A DNA stretch of 64,000 nt from positions 832,001 through 896,000 of the forward strand of contig OZ241322.1 in the NCBI GenBank assembly GCA_965199715.1, in the 5' to 3' direction. Numbering within the stretch: the first letter of the stretch is position 1; each line of letters opens with the position of its first letter. The notes under the pieces were generated by a model. The model did not search any database. It saw only the letters and a list, made by a program, of their open reading frames with translations, and was not told the origin of the DNA. Below are positions 59,997-64,000 of this stretch, in pieces. This stretch comes from Vicinamibacteria bacterium. GTDB lineage: Bacteria; Acidobacteriota; Vicinamibacteria; Marinacidobacterales; Marinacidobacteraceae. A program made the translations under genes and the position numbers.

Positions 59997-60557
59997 TCAG
60001 TTCGCGGCGGCGAGCGCTCGGGCGATGACGGATTCGACTTCGGCGAGCGTCGCCGGAGTCCGGGACGCCGCAAACCTCGCCGCCGGGTTCGTCCCGGCGT
60101 CCACGACCGTGAGGCCGGCGAGCGTCCGGTCGAGCACGGGCCCGCCCGGCCGCGGCGAGAGCGAGAACTTGCCGGCGGACAGTCCGAACACCCCCGGCGC
60201 GCCGCCTTCGGGCTGCTCCACGAAGACCAGCACGTCCTCGCCCAGCCGGAACTCCGGCATCCCGGACACCACCAGCCGAAACCCCTCGGCCGAGCCGCCG
60301 AGAAGCCGCAGGGTCACGAACGAACGACCCGCGTCCCCCTTCAGGAAGCGGTCCACCCGGATGGTCACGTAGGTGTGGATCCGGTTGCGGCGCAGCGCCA
60401 TGCGGCTTTGGACCCCGACGACCTCGCCCGCCACGATCGAGTCGGCCCCCGTCGCCAATTCGTCGAGCGGCAGGTAGCGGGTCACCGACGCCGGAGCGTC
60501 GGAAATGAGCCCGATGCACGCGAGCGCGATCGCCGCGGCGCGGCCTGCCAAGTGCAT
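59997..60557 (-). CDS. Secreted hypothetical protein
   Basis: Signal peptide; L.EL...AD.IV.G.V and GG...G.P.F..GE.VLVF pattern. Confidence 0.72.
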   Translation of the reverse strand: MHLAGRAAAIALACIGLISDAPASVTRYLPLDELATGADSIVAGEVVGVQSRMALRRNRIHTYVTIRVDRFLKGDAGRSFVTLRLLGGSAEGFRLVVSGMPEFRLGEDVLVFVEQPEGGAPGVFGLSAGKFSLSPRPGGPVLDRTLAGLTVVDAGTNPAARFAASRTPATLAEVESVIARALAAAN

Positions 60558-60609
60558 CGCGACATGATAGCCGTGGGTCCGGGGACGCCCGGAGTAGCAT
60601 CCGGCGCCG

Positions 60610-61551
60610 GTGCGCGAGTTCGGAACGGTCGTCCGGGTGCACCGCAAGGAGGCCACGGTCCGGCTCGACGGCGGACGGCTCGCCCGGTGCGTTCCCGGCG
60701 GCCGGCTGTTCCAGGGCGGCGACGACGCCGTGGCCGCGGGCGACCGGGTCGCGCTCGAACGCGCCGGCCGATCCCGGCGGATCGCCGCGGTGGAGCCGAG
60801 GCGCAACGAGCTTCGCCGGGCCGTCGGGCCGCCGCAACGCCGCGAGTTCCGCGTCGTCGCGGTGAACGCCGACGGCCTCCTCGTGGTCTCCGCCTTCCGC
60901 GACCCGCCGTGGCGCGCCGGCCTGCTCGACCGGGCGCTCGTGGTCGCCTTCGACGCCGGAATGCCTCCGGCGCTGGTCTTCAACAAGCGGGACCTGGCGG
61001 ACGAGGCGGACCGCGCCGCGCTCGCCCTGGGCCTCGCTCCCTACCGCGGCCTCGGGCTCGAGGTCTTCGAGACCTGCGCCGTGAGCGGAGCGGGGCTGGA
61101 CCGGCTCGCCGGATTCCTGCGGGGCCGCCGGACCGCGCTCATCGGGCACTCCGGAGTGGGCAAGAGCGAGCTTCTCGCCGGGCTCGGCGTTCCCCGCCGG
61201 CGCGGGCGGGTGGACCGCTTCGGGCGCGGGCGGCACACGACGACCGCCGCCGAGATCCTCGCCCTGCCCGGCGGCGGCGAGGTGGTCGATACGCCCGGAT
61301 TCCGGGCGCTCGGGCTGGACGGGCTGACCCCGGATCGGGTCGCCGCCGCGCATCCGGACCTCGCCGCGCTCGCGGCCGCCTGCCGGTTCCGGCGCTGCTC
61401 GCACCGCAGCGAACCCGACTGCGCGATCCGGGCCGCGGCGGAGGAGGGGCGCGTGCCCGAGGCCCGCTACCGGAGCCTCGTCCAGCTCAGCGCGGAAGCC
61501 GCTGGACTCGTTCGTGGGGAGACGGACCCGCCGGCCGGCGCATCGGAATGA
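60610..61551 (+). CDS. rsgA: Ribosome small subunit-dependent GTPase A
   Basis: Circularly permuted NKRD, GHSGVGKS, GRHTTT, DTPG and C-terminal C.F..C.H..EP.C. Confidence 0.92.
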   Translation: MREFGTVVRVHRKEATVRLDGGRLARCVPGGRLFQGGDDAVAAGDRVALERAGRSRRIAAVEPRRNELRRAVGPPQRREFRVVAVNADGLLVVSAFRDPPWRAGLLDRALVVAFDAGMPPALVFNKRDLADEADRAALALGLAPYRGLGLEVFETCAVSGAGLDRLAGFLRGRRTALIGHSGVGKSELLAGLGVPRRRGRVDRFGRGRHTTTAAEILALPGGGEVVDTPGFRALGLDGLTPDRVAAAHPDLAALAAACRFRRCSHRSEPDCAIRAAAEEGRVPEARYRSLVQLSAEAAGLVRGETDPPAGASE

Positions 61552-63238
61552 GCGCGGCGATCGCCGACAGCGCCGCGTCGAGCCCCTCGCCGGTGCGCGC
61601 CGAGACCGGCAGCGCCGTATCGCCGGCGCGTCCGTTCCCGGCGACCCGGGCGAGCGCCGCCTCGCGCTCGGCGGGCGCGAGGCGGTCCACCTTGTTCATC
61701 AGGACGATGCGGGGAATGTCCGCGAAGCCGAGGCGTTCGAGGAGCGCGTCCACGGCGCGCCGGCGGCTGTCCAGCCGGCGGTCGGCGGCGTCCATGACGT
61801 GGAGCAGCACCGACGCCGCGGAAATCTCCTCGAGGGTCGCGCGGAAGGCGTCCAGCAGGGCCTCGGGGAGGTCGTGGATGAACCCCACGGTGTCGGCGAG
61901 AAGCACCTCGCGCTCGACCGGCGCCCGCAGCCGGCGCGAGGTCGGGTCGAGCGTCTCGAACATGCGGTCGCCCGCGGACGCCGCGCTGCGGGTGAGCCGG
62001 TTCAGGAGGGTCGATTTGCCGGCGTTCGTGTAGCCCACCAGCGAGACCACCGGCAGCCCCCGCGCCTCGCGTCGCCGGCGGCGGACGTCCCGCCGCCCGG
62101 CGACCGCCCGAAGGTCGCGCGTCAGCCGCCCGATGCGCTCGCGGGTCCGCCGCCGGTCCACCTCCAGCCGCGTCTCGCCCGGTCCGCGCCCGCCGATCCC
62201 GCCGCCCAGCCGCGAGAGCGAGGTGTCGCGCTGGACGAGCCGCGGCAGCCGGTAGCGAAGCTGGGCCAGCTCGACCTGCAGCTTCCCTTCCCGGCTGCGG
62301 GCCCGCCGCGCGAACACGTCGAGGATGAGCTGGGTGCGATCCAGCACCTTCAGGTCGGTGAGGGCGGAGATGTTCCGCGCCTGCGATGGGGTCAGGTCGC
62401 GGGAGAAGAGGATCGCGTCGGCCCCGGCCATGAGCGCCCGGATCACCAGATCCCGCAGCTTGCCCCGACCGAGCAGCGTGCCCGGGTCGAGCCGGCCCCG
62501 CCGCTGGAGCACCCGGTCCATGACCGAGAGCCCGGCGTCGCGCGCCAGATCCCCGAGCTCCTCGACTCGATCCTCCTCGACCGCGAGGTCGCCCTCGGTG
62601 ACCCCCGCGAGGATGGCGCGCTCCTCCGGCCCCCGCCGCGCATGGTCCGAAGCGCGGCGGGCGAACCGGCGCTCCAGTTCGGCGACCAGCTCGCCGCAGT
62701 CGAGATCCAATTGGCTCGGGGGCGCGGCGTCCAGAAGCTCCCACGGAACCTCGGCGGGCGGCGGGTTCAGGTGCGCCGCCCGGACCACGCCGGGCAGCCC
62801 GTCAGGACCGACGGTCAGCACCGCCATCAGGTCGAGGCGCATGAGCAGCAGATCGGTCAGGTCCTCGAGCGTGAGCGGCGCGAGGTCGGCGGGGTCGAAG
62901 CGCATCCCGGCCAGATCGACGGCCCGTCCGCCGCCCCGGGTTCCGGGAAGCTCGGTGCGGATCGCCCGCAGGCCCCGCAGCCGCTCGCCGGCGACCCGCT
63001 GCCGCTTCAGGTCGGGGAACTCGACCCCGTGGGCGTCGCCGACTCCGACCCAGGTCACCGCGCCCCGGCGGTTCACCAGAATCCCGATCTGGCGCCCGGT
63101 GAGGAGCGAGGCCTCGGCGAGCCGGCGGGCGTAGTCCTGCGGGAGCAGGACGGCGGGCGGCGTCCGCCGTTCCGCCAGCCGCTCGAGGAGCTTGCGCTCG
63201 CGGGACTTGAGGCCGGCGGTGCGGCCCTCGACCTTCAA
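61487..63238 (-). CDS. hflX: GTPase HflX (long N-terminal form)
   Basis: DR.QLILD.F, EGKLQVELAQ, GPGET.LE, GYTNAGKST, DTVGFI and NKVD. Confidence 0.95.
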   Translation of the reverse strand: MKVEGRTAGLKSRERKLLERLAERRTPPAVLLPQDYARRLAEASLLTGRQIGILVNRRGAVTWVGVGDAHGVEFPDLKRQRVAGERLRGLRAIRTELPGTRGGGRAVDLAGMRFDPADLAPLTLEDLTDLLLMRLDLMAVLTVGPDGLPGVVRAAHLNPPPAEVPWELLDAAPPSQLDLDCGELVAELERRFARRASDHARRGPEERAILAGVTEGDLAVEEDRVEELGDLARDAGLSVMDRVLQRRGRLDPGTLLGRGKLRDLVIRALMAGADAILFSRDLTPSQARNISALTDLKVLDRTQLILDVFARRARSREGKLQVELAQLRYRLPRLVQRDTSLSRLGGGIGGRGPGETRLEVDRRRTRERIGRLTRDLRAVAGRRDVRRRRREARGLPVVSLVGYTNAGKSTLLNRLTRSAASAGDRMFETLDPTSRRLRAPVEREVLLADTVGFIHDLPEALLDAFRATLEEISAASVLLHVMDAADRRLDSRRRAVDALLERLGFADIPRIVLMNKVDRLAPAEREAALARVAGNGRAGDTALPVSARTGEGLDAALSAIAALIPMRRPAGPSPHERVQRLPR

Positions 63239-63263
63239 CCGGCGGCGCCGGCCCGCCGAAGGA

Positions 63264-64000
63264 TCAGCGCGACCGGGAGGCGCTCGCCCGCTGGTCGTGG
63301 ATCTGGTCCAGGCGGGCGCGGGCGGACATGTAGTTCGGGTCGATCTCGATGGCGCGCTCGAAGTTCTCGATCGCCCGCTCCTCGTCGCCCAGCTTCAGCA
63401 TGGTCTCGGCGAGGAAGAACCGGGCGTCGGCGAGGCGCGAATCCCGCGAGATGGCCTTCTTGAACAGGTCGGCCGCCTCCTCGTACTCGCGCCGCTGGTA
63501 GCGGAGCACGCCGAGGTGGTAGCGGACCCAGGCGTTGCCGTCGTCGTTGCGGGCGGCGACCTGGAACTCGCGGATCGCCGAGTCCACGTCGCCCTGCGCG
63601 TAGAACGCGCTCGCGAGGTTGGCGCGGGCCTCGGTGAAGCTCGGCTCCAGCGCCAGCGCGAGGTTGTACTGCTCGACGGCCTCGTCGAAGCGGCCCCGCC
63701 GCTTGTAGGCGACCCCGAGGTTGTTCCGCGCCCGGTTGAAGTTGGGGCGGACCGACAGCGCCAGCTCGTACATCTCGATCTCGCGGGCCAGCGGGTCGAA
63801 GCCGCCCTGGTCGGCGAGCGCCTCGGCGAAGTACCCGTAGAGGAACCCCTGGTTGTTGTAGAAGTTCGAGATCGCCTCGAAGTCGTCGATGATCTCGGCC
63901 CCGGCGTACTGGCGCTCCGGGTTCGCGGTGAAGTCCACGAAGAGGATGTCCGGGCCGTCCTTGATGCCGCCGGTGATGTGGCCGCTGTTGACGATGACCT
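63264..64000 (-). CDS. Tetratricopeptide repeat protein, 5' end outside the window
   Basis: Multiple TPR units (A.NNLG, A..NLA, YHLG); frame open to the window edge. Confidence 0.85.
   Translation of the reverse strand, partial: VIVNSGHITGGIKDGPDILFVDFTANPERQYAGAEIIDDFEAISNFYNNQGFLYGYFAEALADQGGFDPLAREIEMYELALSVRPNFNRARNNLGVAYKRRGRFDEAVEQYNLALALEPSFTEARANLASAFYAQGDVDSAIREFQVAARNDDGNAWVRYHLGVLRYQRREYEEAADLFKKAISRDSRLADARFFLAETMLKLGDEERAIENFERAIEIDPNYMSARARLDQIHDQRASASRSR

Overview
Very GC-rich bacterial chromosomal segment. The Oar-like TonB-dependent receptor, Gly-rich TonB, VPS10-type glycosidase and ECF/DUF4097 cluster suggest Acidobacteriota (inference). Most of the window is housekeeping: efp-epmA, rib genes, cinA/pgpA/thpR, nrdR, aspS, dcd/dut/ndk, icd-mdh-sucCD, coaD/rsmD/recG, tRNA-fMet, tRNA-Thr, rsgA and hflX. 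Accessory features: (1) a NYN/LabA-type ribonuclease gene at the left edge, absent from the ORF track, preceded by two 64-bp hairpin-forming repeats with a sigma70-like promoter between them (best candidate for an undescribed RNA-controlled nuclease system); (2) an arsR-arsI pair; (3) a defence-like islet with a Type ISP restriction-modification enzyme, a small ORF and a disrupted Clp-fold (SDH) protease; (4) a TctCBA + MmgE/PrpD + CocE/NonD catabolic cluster flanked by two P450 pseudogenes; (5) several pseudogenes that keep both ends but have lost their middle (P450, sat-cysC, vapBC). No CRISPR array, integrase or IS element was seen. All family assignments come from motif recognition by eye; no database search was run.
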